64,000 bases of DNA from Phoronis australis (lineage: Eukaryota > Animalia > Phoronida). Location of the stretch: NCBI GenBank assembly GCA_002633005.1, contig NMRA01000104.1, positions 206,070-270,069 of the forward strand, written 5' to 3'. The position numbers were made by a program, and so were the translations under genes. Under the pieces are notes generated by a model. It was not told the origin of the DNA. It ran no database searches and saw nothing but the letters and a program-made list of their open reading frames with translations. Below are positions 52,293-64,000 of the stretch, one piece after another. The stretch's first letter is position 1. The number at the start of each line of letters is the position of its first letter.

Positions 52293-53599
52293 TTCTTCAC
52301 CCGATTTGCGGGACTTAGCTTCTTCGTGTTTAGAAATTGAAATCCCCTTCAAACGTTTCAAGACATTTTGGAGACTCGCAAATTTTATCAGACAGCCAAT
52401 GTCAACTGAGAAAGAGGCTGACGTTTCCATAAACTAATTCTCGAAATTGCGTGTCTTCAGCTGAGAAAGTATCGAATGACGCGATTCTAGACGTAAGCGC
52501 ATGCGCTTTCTCGTTTTTGGTATCAACTTGATTGTGAACTCCGTGGAGCCAGCTATACAAGTGTCCTTTAAAGATGAATCGCTTTCATAGAAAATAACGT
52601 TTATTAAACATACAAAAATATATGGAGATTGTCTAAATTAACATATAAGCACTTTATAAAATTGAGTATATTGCCTTTTTATGGTCGTCTCCAACTGCAA
52701 TGTCTATTGTTTACCTTCCCTAAAAATACAAACGAAGCCATAAACGTAACAGCATAGCACCTAGGGGGCACGTAGACTTCTCTACCCCCGCGCTTCTCTC
52801 ACGCACGCGGCTCTGCCCTCACGGACGCATGTTACCCCATCCCACAACTCTAATCTCATTTCACGTACATGCTTCTCTGCTTGGAAAACCAACTTGGTTT
52901 CCGCACATTATTCCCTGCCCCGAAAACTATTATATAACCTGACACACCCATTCTATCAAGTCACCAAACAAGAATGGTAGGTTTTAGTCTTTTTTGAAAA
53001 TTGAGTAGGTGGCGTGATATTTAGTTTTAGTTGCTCACTTTTTTCAGAAATATCCACCTGAGACGATAAAAAGACGCACGTTTTTTTTACTCGTCGCTTG
53101 GTAAATCCTAGCACCAGACCCTGACTGAAATTTATGCGAACGGGCGTTTTTATATATTTTTTTAATTTAGTCGGTGAGAATGAAAGTCTCAAAATAAGTC
53201 GGGGTGAAGACCAAGTCCACTTCCGGTTTCTGAGCTAATATGAAAATGCTATTGACCTCATTTTGCGCTCAACAATATACTCCACACGTCAGTTGTCCTC
53301 GTATGCCGTGATTCCCATGAACAGAACTGTATATAAAGTTTCAATAATTTTGTCAATGAAATTTTGAGGAACTGGACAACATTTACAATATGTATTGAAA
53401 AAGTAACAATTTCTTATTTCATTTTACGATGATCAAGTACGTTATTGAAAAAATGTCTTCTATACTTCGATACGCTGAAAATGGTGCTGGGTTATATGCG
53501 TACGGGAGAGGGCAATAGTGTGCGTGAGAGAAGAGTTTTGTGAGCGAGTCGGGAAGTCAAAAAGAAGAAAGGAGTGCAGAGTTTACTGTACACGAATAC

Positions 53600-53756
53600 G
53601 ATGGTGGCACACCATCAATCAAACAAGAATAAGATGGTGACGCACTATCAACCAAACACCAATAAGATGGTGACGCGCCAACAATCAAACGCCAATAACG
53701 TGGCGAAGGGGCCAACAATCAAACATGAATAAGATGGTTACGCGCCACCAGTCAAA
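53600..53756. repeat. Degenerate tandem repeat of about 35 bp
   Basis: Recurring aataagatggtgacgc...atcaaac units. Confidence 0.6.
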
Positions 53757-54393
53757 CTTAAGTGTAAAAGGGTTGATTTAGAAACTAGTTTCATAACCTG
53801 GCACATGTTCCATGGACGCGAGAACCTGGCGAAAACACAATATTTCGCGAGGTCGTCCCAGAGTACCACCCTGTATTTCCACAGTTATTTCCCTGAGTAA
53901 AAAATGGGTGTGGTTTAGAGTTTGGAAAGTTTCTACAATGGAACATAAGTTCATTGCCGTCAGAAATGTTGTCTTAGTTCTAAGCGACTATTGTTGAAAA
54001 ATATTTGTATCTCACCTCAGCAAAAATATATCCTCTCCAAAAAAAGCCTAAGACTGCTAGTTTCTCAGACAATGGCAAAAGTTTTGTTCCGTAGTTCTGA
54101 AGTGTGAGCTTGAGTCAAAACTGCTGTTTTGAGTTTCATGAAACAGATGGAAAACAGACTCTTGATTCTAAACATTTCGGCCTAGGTTAACCGATCACGA
54201 ACAGGTTACTTTTTTCTGGTGGACTGGCACTTCTCACGGACATCAATCTTGCGTCTCTCGTTCGATTCAGGGTTCGCTGAACAAGCCTCAAAATATATAC
54301 AGAGGGTACACAAGAACGGTTGCATGCAAAACTATAAAAACCGCTTTGTGGCCAGGTGGATTTTGTACCAAAATGCCTCGTCATCACGCAACC

Positions 54394-57300
54394 TTATTTT
54401 CTGCCAGTGAAATATGGAAGATTTTGATAGTGAGGCTCTGCTGGTAAAGCATCGGAATTGGCATAAATTTCCCCGAAGTCCTCTGCTGCCTGAGTGGTGC
54501 TGTGATTTTCATAAATTTGTCCAAATTCATCTTCTTCTGCACAACCGTTATTATGGGGGTCTTTATACGTTTGATTGAAATCTCCACAGTTCACGGTTGG
54601 GGCTTCATACGTTTGATCAAAGTCCTGACAACTAGTAACTGGTTCTTCATACGTTTGATCAAAGTCATTCTGTGCGCCACCATCTGTGGAATTGGGGGTT
54701 TCGTAAGTGTCTCCATAATCGGGAGTAGGGACAGGTTCCTCATAAGTTTCACCATAATCTTTGAAAATATTTGCGTTTGAAGCGTCTTCATGTGTTTTGT
54801 TTTGTCTCTTTTGCTTTTCGTTCTTTTTGTTGAAACTCCTTTTTGCCTTTTCTCGTTCTGCTGGGCAGTTACCATATATATTGACGTCCTCGTCTGGGTT
54901 CACATTCCCGTAAAACGGTTGCTCTACCTCCTCGTCATCAACACGCTGCTCGTTCACGTAGCCATGTGGCGAAGCATGTCGCAAGTCCAATTTTATTGGT
55001 TCGTTATTGACGGTCATTTCCATGTATTGTTGACCGTAGTCTTTTCCCGGATCAGATGCACGTAACTGGTTCGCTGCCTGATGTCGCCGAGTCTGATCAA
55101 TTTTCTGTTAAACGCAAAAATCATAAATGGTAGTGTTGGTTAAATTACATGTACTTAATCAAAAACATGTTTGCATAATCTTTGCTGTAAATAGACTCGT
55201 GTAAACAAATCTCCTTAAAAACTATGTTTGTATTTCTGCTGACTACACGGTGCCCCCCGTTTCCCTAGTCTACACGGCATTTTGATCAACCTATCTGCAG
55301 TCGGCTACTTGAATGTAACAACGTAATGATCGGGGGTATCTTAGGAATTACTTAAACCACTTTTACATGCAAGGACGGATGAACGACTTGAGAAACTAGT
55401 GAAAGAGACAAAATTTGCTGTGACATCAACTTCCGGTTTCACGAAGGCTCGAATTCTGACTTTTATTTCCAAAAATAGTATTCCGCTAACCGGCGCTAAT
55501 GACGTCATACATGTATTAGTGTGATTGTCGTCATCGACTAATAAACGGACATCGATTGTTCGTTACGAACATATATTATAGACAAAATTAAAATAGACAT
55601 TGATAAAAGACAACATACTTCTGACGGATCTCTTGTGTACCGTAAAACTTCATCGTGTTGTTGTGGAATGTCGTCCGGCATGGTCTTCAGAATCTCTACG
55701 TTACCATATATGTGAATTTTCGGTCCTCGTCTGGCTTCGTTCTAAATCCAAATGGTAGAGATTAGCACAAACAGGATGGTTTATGTTGGCAGGACATTAT
55801 CGTTTTACGACCGAGAAATGCACTATTGGGATTGTTGTTGGATGGGATAGACTTCTCGTAGTTGAAGCTGACACCACTAGGGCTGTTAAACAACAAAAGG
55901 TGGTGTTCTTTTTTGGTTTTCTTACAAATCGCCAAATTTCCACGTTGTGTGCCCGAAATTTATTGAAATCAAGGCGGTGAATTTTCCAGTTGAAAGCGCT
56001 TAAGGTTGAATTATTGAAAAATTTCCAAATCTGGCAAACTTCGGAACTGTACATCCATATAAAATGACTGATCGAAGTCGTACATGTACGATACTTTCCC
56101 GTTCCATGCTTTTGCCAATGTCCTTTCTCCAAAACGTTTTTAAGTGGACCTCTTTTGCGAGACATGATAACAAAAATAAGGCTTTTATGATTTCTATGAA
56201 AAAACTCAAAAGTTGCTTAAAACAACAGCGAAGTGAAAATTTAGAAAACTAACAGCAATTATTTTATAAAAAGCGAAATTTGGTCGTGATATTGGCATTC
56301 TTTTGCTAGGGAAGCATCTTTCTTTGTTGGTGAATTTTACTAACAACTAACATAATGTTGCATGACTCAGTTAATAGGACATTGGTATACATCCAATCAA
56401 CAATTCTAAGGGCTTTATACTTTCACAAAACATATGCTTTTACTGAGCTAAAATCCATTGTTTGCAAATACTTGTCTAAATACCTAAATAATCCTAAAAT
56501 GCTCTATCGTTTGTCGAGTGGGTTTATCTTCGGCTCTGCCAGCACAGCGCTAGACTGCGACCGCGGGGTGTTGCAGGTTCGATTCCGCGCTGAGGCTAAA
56601 CTCAGGCAATCACTTTAATGTCCATTTAATAAGCGCAAATATTTGTATAAAAACTAGAGCTACGCTGAGAGAGTAACCGCACCTCCACTAACACAAGAGA
56701 AACGGTCAAGACTGAGTTCTCAAATCCTACTCTTCTTGGCAAGATCTGCACGTGCAATATACTGCGCTACTGCTTCGTCACGTGGTCATCAAACGTGAAC
56801 AGTCGGTCTCCAAGCATATTAAATAATCCAACATTTAGGTAAATTTACATGTTCAAATGTGATCAAAGTGAAGTGCTGTATTAATGAACGCCTAAGTTGG
56901 GACGCTGTCAAATTTTAAAAGGTATACAATATAGTTTTAGCACCGGTGAGACAGTGAAGCAATGGACAGACAAACATTACTATAGTGACAGCACCCTCCA
57001 ACTCTGTCAGCGGAAGTGATATCATCTGTCATGCGCTAAGCGACCGGGTAATCAGTGAACAAATTTCATCAACTATGGTGGTTGCTTAGGCATGAAGTTA
57101 TTTTGATGGTATTATAGGAAACAAGCGTGACAAAAATAATTTGGAACTGGCGAATGTCATATATTTCCATATGTACTTAAACGGGCGAATACGAACCTTC
57201 AATTTGCCATTACCATGGGTTCGGTAACTCGCATTCGAGTATTAGAGAATGCCCATGAAGTGAAACGTCTGTTTTTACTAACATAGGCGTAAGCGGATGG

Positions 57301-58733
57301 GTGCAGAGCTGAATTTGGTCGGTTGTTCTAAAATTTTCATTCTACTATTTATGAATTAGACAAACGCAATAATATTCTCAAGCGTTTTACAACTACCAGC
57401 AAGAACGACAAATAGTTCCACCAATAGCATTTCTTTGAAGGTCGTTATTAGGAAAGAGGAAGTTGCTCATACGACTCGGAAACTGGCAGGAATATGATTT
57501 TTGATGACTGTATACCAACTAAACGTATTCGGCTAAAAAATCCTGTGAGATTTGAGGTGGATGATCTTTTCGCCCACAGCCACGTCTTACTGATTAGCCC
57601 CACCAAAGCATTGATCTCGCTTGTTGAAAAAAATAAAACAATTAGAAAGTAATGTATACCTCCGATTGCTGGCCTTCCATGTCTACGTAGGATGGTGTGT
57701 TACGTCCTTTCTTGCGTCTCACGATGATTACGATCACGACTATCAGTCCAATCAATACAACAGCTACAACCGGAAGCACAATTGCCAAAAGGCTGATACA
57801 CGTGTCCGTACCAGTCAGGATGCGAAAGCCTGAACATGGCCTACAGGTGCCGTTCTCAACATACATGTTGGTCTTGCTTCTGCACTCGTCAGCGGTGATA
57901 CAGATGAAGTAATTGGAAATATTTTCGAATTTTACGAGTTCATCATCACAGTCTACTTTATCGATACAAAGAGAATGGGATGCGTTTTTAAAGAGCCTGT
58001 GGTTACTTGGACATGCAACACATTCCTTATTGTCTGCAAAAGTACCGGTACGTGGAGGGCAAGACTCGACGCACGTTTCAGCGTGGATATAGTTTTTGCA
58101 AAATACACATTTAAACGTCGGAATTGCCGTTGTAAGCGCAGTTGTATATGGAAGATTGGTAGTGGAGTTATAGTAAGTGGTGTTGGTGAGACGCGTGTAT
58201 GTTGCCCACGAGGTGGTAAAGTTGCGATAAGCTGCTGATTTGTCATTATTGGAGGAGTTGCCCGTCACGGCTGACGTCACGGCTGACGTCCCGACTTCTG
58301 GCGTTGTGTAACGCATTGCCTCTTGTTCTTCTTTCAAAAACGACGGGGAACAGTCTGTACAGTCGTCTTCCTTCGGGCCTGTACAGCTCTCGCAGCCTCT
58401 AAAGCATTGCTTCCAAACAAACCAACGGTTCGCCAGTATGGCAGTAGTCGGCGACATCGTCGTCGTAGATAAAGCGTTGGTCAGATTGTGGGTACTGAAT
58501 GGTGTCGTCTTTTTGTTGACTGCACTAGTCAAGCTATAGTTGCTCGTCACATTAATTTGCGTTGTCGATGGTGAACGCTGTGGACCAGTAGCTTGCTGAC
58601 AAGTAAAGTCATTTTTGAAGTCTTTGTAATGTTTGGTATTTCGTTCAATGTTGCAGTTGGCGATGTCGTTACGATAAATCTCGTTGACCGTTTCACACGT
58701 ACAACACGGACTTTGTTGGCAGGAACTGGTCAC
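54394..58733 (-). CDS. Single-pass type I membrane protein: furin-like Cys-rich repeats, Thr-rich mucin segments, TM helix, kinase-less tyrosine-motif-rich cytoplasmic tail (5' end unresolved)
   Basis: Phase-0 exons 57660-58733 (QCFRGCESCTGPKEDDCTDC, CVFCKNYIHAETCVESCP, TM LLAIVLPVVAVVLIGLIVVIVIIV followed by RRKKGR), 55619-55741 (NEARRGPKIHIYGNV...DPSE) and 54394-55104 (KIDQT...YQNLPYFTGRK*), all joined by GT-AG introns. Confidence 0.8.
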
Positions 58734-60188
58734 CTATAATAAAACACATCTGCATAATTAAGACTATTTTGGAAATTTGGGAAGTAGATAGTTGCACAAA
58801 GAATTAGACAAAGAAAGTGGTAATCGAAATAACTCCTCGAAGAAACGGTTGACTATAATTTTAAATATATTTTAGCATGATTTGAATGAGTTTAGAGCGG
58901 TTGAAGATCAATATTAGAAATTGCGCAAATAAAAACAGTTTGTTTGGATCATTTTGCTTTGCCAGATGTTGACTTTATGGTCCGAATGTGGTACGCTCAC
59001 TCAAGTCACTTGGCCTGGCATTAAATCTGGTTTAAATCTATGTACAATGAAACTTTTTATCAACAAATATCGTCCTATTTTACGGATACATAATAAAATA
59101 CGCCTGGTCGCCGGAGTAGTTAATTGACAGCACGCTGCGCTGTTTTATAGAGATTTTACTTAATGCGGTGAAATTTCTTAGCTTTTTTATTTCATCCAAT
59201 GTTGTACAGTGGTCATCAAACAATTCACACAGAAACGCGCAATGTCTCGAAACGTCAGTCGATGAAAAAAAAATGTGCAAGTCATTCATAGATGACCTAC
59301 AAAACTGCCACTATCGTGGATTATGGATACGGAGTTCACAGATCAGTAACGGGGCGACCCACGGTCCGCACCCTCACCACCGAGCCTGAGTCCATCCACA
59401 CACTGGTACTCTAACCAAGGAGAATGTCGAGTACGAGGGCACACCACTCTCACGGACTCCACGTTTTTTACACCCAAACAGATTTCCAAACTTTTGGATT
59501 TCTCAGCCTTCGGAAATCCATGCATAAGCGTTATTACGTAATATTCAATGAATTCAGTCATGCTCTACATACATTATTATTTTCATCTTGACAGCATTTG
59601 GTCGGTAATGAAGATATAGGGGATGTTCGAGTCAGAATACTTTTGAAAAAATACACTGACCTGAAAATCCCCTCTATGGTAGTTGAGCCACACAAGAAAG
59701 TATTTTAAATTAAACACTACTTTTTGCAGTCATTTTTCAATTGCAGGTCCTGTATGTAGCTCTATTTGTATAAACAGTATTAGTAATAGCCATGCGCTAG
59801 ATGTAACTGGGTTAGATTACTGTACAGGATATTTTTGGAATTAGGGTGTAACTCTATAAGTTTGTTTAACTTCGAACAACGATTTCAGCTTCATATTGAT
59901 GGCGAAATAGTACCAATAACTCTTTGCAGTTAAAACAATCAAAACGGAAATTTTTGTTAACCCCGGGATTTGAACCTCATTGTCCATCCTGAGGATGAGG
60001 AGACCGAAAACCGACCAAGCAGTGTCGTGCCATTTATAATAGGATAAGCAATAAAATGAATACTGAGTGAGGAGCAAAATGAGTTTTTTTTGAATTTCAT
60101 TTCGCTTCACGGTTGCCTGTCAAATGCTAGAATAGTGATGGGGATACTTGTCTCTATATGTGCAACTTATCAAATTATCAGGTGTTAC

Positions 60189-60350
60189 CCGGAGTTCTCA
60201 AGCTCGCGAGGGCTGATAAGACGAATATGGGTCAAGTTTATATCTTTGTCCATCTTTCTGCACTCGTAAGCCGCTTCCATCCAGTAAAATATAAGCTGAA
60301 AGTTCAGGAAATATAATTTTATCTCATTAGATTTCATTCGGAGCCCATCT
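60189..60350 (-). CDS. Candidate upstream exon of the membrane receptor gene
   Basis: cag acceptor and gtaaca donor with an open frame DGLRMKSNEIKLYFLNFQLIFYWMEAAYECRKMDKDINLTHIRLISPRELENSG. It is phase-compatible with a second candidate exon starting at 59296 (SSMNDLHIFF...), whose donor I could not fix. Confidence 0.35.
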
Positions 60351-62954
60351 CTGTACAAATGAAATCGAAATTGTAGTTGAGTAATTAATTAGAACATCTT
60401 GATATTTTAGTATCTTTGCGTCTGTATTGTTTTGTACACGGACAATTGTAGAGCATGAAGTCAAGAAATGTGAGATCGTTCATCCTCCTTTGAAAATTCC
60501 CACTTTTGGCCGAATCCAGTATAACGGATAGTGAAAGCAGAGCACATCATTGCAACACAAAAGCAGTATTGTGTTCCACTGATGCAACGAGGTCACCATT
60601 GAGGAAGTTGTCTGGCGTATCGCGGAAACTCTTCTTGGTTGTAATACCTTGTCGGTGGTAATCTTTATGTGCAAATCATTTCAAATCGGGTTATGTTGGA
60701 TGAAAATTTTCGCATGCCGTCAGTCGTTCATCTCAATTTCCCATGCAAGAGACTCCCGTCCTATAGTTAGGGTTCCCTGTGTCGGGCCATCGCGTTATCA
60801 TTCACACTAGCCGTGCGAAACGCTGAGGGAAGTAGATACGGAGACTAAGAGTGAACATAAGTGTTCATCGCAAGAGACAGGAATACTTCTTGAAGAGACC
60901 GTGTTCAAAGCTTCAAGCAGAATTTCAGTCACTGTTAGATTTTAGTAGGCAAGGTGTGCGGCAGCGGGATTCTTTCTCCAGGCAGTACAAATTTCTTTCC
61001 AGAACATTTGACCCTGCCGTAACACAAAGTACAGTAATCAGATATTCTTTAAAGTGAAAAGTAAAAATGTATTTAGTATACTGTATACTTCAAAAGTTGC
61101 ATCATAAATGTACATACTGAGGTAGAAAGCCAGCTAGCTGTACGAAGACTATCGTCAACATACAGCCAGGTAGCTAGTGGATGTAGAGCTCCGTTCAGTA
61201 GACACCGAAATTTCACCGAACCCCGGTGCTCAGCTTGTCACATCGTAGTACTTAGAGCTAACAACCTACAGGGGTGCATGCAGAGTCTGGGAACGAACCG
61301 ACATTCACCTCATTGCCCGTTACAGCCGTTTATAGAAGGAAAAAGACAATCTAATAAACGTTATTTTTCGTACTTCTCCACCTTTTGTAACAAAGGAAAT
61401 CTGTGGTCGTTTTGAAAACAATGCCTTCTGTAGCACCTGCACGTATGCGCCATTTCCGGAAATTTTACGATATCTCTCGAGTTTTTTTTCTGAAATTGGG
61501 TTTTCTGATCATAAAATAGTATAAACTTGTAATGAAATGAAACCACTTGCGATTGTTATGACATGTACACAACCTTACATTTGATTGAATAACATGGAAA
61601 TTGGCCAACGCAATGGTGCCCAAAGAGCACATCGCAATTTTAGCAGCAGAATAACTGAAGAACGTCAATTTTCCAACACCAGGGTAAATAATTTAGTTTA
61701 CCCAAGGAAGCGTAAGGATTTTTTAATGAGGCATCATTAATTTTGACAGCGACAGGCCAGATGAATTTTATACGTGATAGAACCCAGGCCTTTGAGCCGA
61801 CGAACTGACGTCACCAAAGCTAGTACGAAATTGGCCACCCTCTCTCCGCGTCTATGAAAAAACGGCCCGCGAGAAATAAATAGAACACCTCCAGGGAGGC
61901 GGTGCAGTACGTGGGACCAAGGCGATGCCTAAACGGGAGCAACGAAGGTCTGTAGTGGAGCGGGGGAGACGGAGTTTGTGCAAACGATGCATTTTATATA
62001 ATAGATAACCCTCTCTATCACAGTGAATGCTCACTTCAAAAATGAGTCCTTTAACTGTCGAGTGAGTTTGATCCGCTCCGCTGTGGAATTCTGGGTTTGT
62101 GTATGTGCGCCATAGTATTAAGATGTCAGTGATATGCGCATTAGGCTCATGCGCACGTATGTGACGCTGCGCGCCTCTCGCCCAATACGCGTCAGAAAAA
62201 ACAATGGACGGACATTTTTTACGCAGTATATAGGAGAAATTTGATGGTACTGTAGATGTCGTGTTTCCGGCAATTTAAGTTTCACTACAACCGTGTTAAG
62301 GAAGGTCAAACGACACACGTATCATTACACGTGAATATCCAGATATCACCCGAATATGTATATGTGCGAAACAATTTCAGAGAAAAAACAATTTCTCTTA
62401 ATTAAAATAGCTCGTCATTTCGGATATAATTCGTGGACCCAAGTATTGCCCCTTGTCACGCGAAACACGTTTTAAAGTGGTATTATCGGCCAGACACATG
62501 TTTCTCTGACTCAAGCCACAGCGCGGATGCCAATAAACCTGGAACCGTCGCTGTTGCAAGGCAGTCGAACTCTTATAGTGGGCTAAGCTGAATCCCCGGC
62601 GTTCATAATGGCAGAATATTTTTAAGCGTACTTAGCTGAAGTCTTCAGTTTTGATTTCAGCTGATGTCTGGCAGACAACGGCGAGTATAGGCGATTTGTA
62701 ATAAAATTACAAAAACACAACGGAATATGTTGTTTTCTAGCTCAGGTCAAAGTTAATAGTGTGTTCCATCATGGTGTGACACCGACTGTAGTGCGGGAGT
62801 TCACGTGAGAAAGGCGGAGATCCCACTTTGACGCCGAAATGTTTTATATGTGTCAAATTACGAAATAATCATATCTTGGCAAGCCACGAAAAAATCTTGA
62901 CAAATGAACAATGGTGAGACAGTCGGAATAATAAAAGATAAGGTGTTTGTAGTC

Positions 62955-63195
62955 CAGGGCCCTGTTTCAATAAACTCACTCAAGCTCATTTTTGACTAAG
63001 TCCAAGATATGTCTCATCTTCCAGACTTTGAAACTTCCACATCCGGTAAGCTAGTCGAACTTAAGACAAAACTTCAGTCAAACTCAAGATTTCTTTCTTG
63101 GAACGGACTTAAGAAAAACCGAAGTTTTATCTTAAATTTGTCTTAAATTTAAAATTCGCCTTAGCTTAAAGTCAGTTTTCTTGGAGAGGCCCCTG
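62955..63195. mobile_element. Short MITE-like element
   Basis: Imperfect terminal inverted repeats cagggccctgtttcaa ... ttggagaggcccctg. Confidence 0.4.
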
Positions 63196-64000
63196 ACCAA
63201 ATTTACAACGAGGTGTTTGTTAGTTCGGCATGTGCTGTGAGAATGCCCCAATCGCGAGAAATTCTCAATTGAAGCTATTAAATGCAGGTTAGAAATGTTG
63301 TGTTAAGAGAAATATTTATAAAATGAAGGTCTGAAGCCAAAATAGTAACAAGATGATTGTTCAGCAAAACTACGGAATTTTGATAATACCGAGTTCGTAA
63401 TATATTATTTGCAATCACATTTTTGCAGCCGGTAGTTGGACGACACGAAAGCACGTTAAATACAGATGAGTACAAAAATCAGTGAACCAAGTGAAGTATG
63501 GAGAACCGAAATGTTAAATACTTTGGTATTTTCACTATTTTGCGAAATTGTACTAATTTTACTCAGGCGTATTACGATTAGTTTTTGATTACAGTGACTC
63601 TCTTATTCGTATTTTGCGAAATGTTGCCCCAAAAATCGTTTGCTTGATTTAATGACAATTGTCAATGTTCGTTCTTAATCTTCATGAAATCGAGACAATG
63701 TAAACGTATGTTCATTTATCGATTGAAATTGTGATATTGTTACATTAACAGTTACAAAAACTACACTCACTAACTACATTATCTAATTTCTGCATTCTTC
63801 CTGCTGTTAAAATTTTATTGCTTCAATCAACGGGTGTTACTGAAAATATATCTAATATGAAACAAATAATGAATCGAATTTTGAAAACTAAAAAGTACTA
63901 AGAACACATGATGCTATGACAATCGTATTAATTTGGCAAAACAAAATGTCATTGTTGGTACATGTAGCTCCATCTGTCATTACATACTAGTGAACTGCAG

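Noticed and set aside
52200-52437. His-rich ORF and overlapping ORFs
   Set aside because: They arise from the (TGA)n tract. The candidate exon frames at 52300-52550 that I translated run into stops, and I see no recognisable domain.
56540-56610. tRNA-like sequence with GGTTCGATTCC
   Set aside because: A T-arm/B-box is present but I could not fold a full cloverleaf; it is more likely a SINE head remnant.
61380-61660. Possible signal-peptide or first exons of the membrane receptor
   Set aside because: Candidate acceptors and donors exist, but I could not build a phase-consistent, stop-free chain with a signal peptide.

Overview
AT-rich, intron-rich animal genomic DNA, probably from a heterozygous invertebrate; it is not prokaryotic. 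Three genes were rebuilt by hand from GT-AG splice sites. (1) A 9-exon EXOSC6/Mtr3 exosome subunit on the - strand (1710-15483), with exons 5-7 present twice. (2) Head-to-head with it, a 28-exon unconventional myosin of about 1200 aa on the + strand (19478-43330). It has a kinase-less class III-like motor, one IQ motif and a C-terminal Smad-MH2 domain of the atypical Expansion/Rebuf type; this is the most striking object in the window. (3) A kinase-less single-pass receptor on the - strand (54394 to at least 58733) with furin-like Cys-rich and mucin-like ectodomain segments and a tail packed with tyrosine docking motifs. Also present are an orphan laminin/MEGF-type EGF exon, Helentron-like repeats with arrays of CTCF-like motifs, several MITE families (one with 6-bp TSDs), tRNA-derived SINEs, a Penelope fragment and minisatellites. 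Two duplications of about 2-3 kb each abut a single-N gap and are probably uncollapsed haplotypes.
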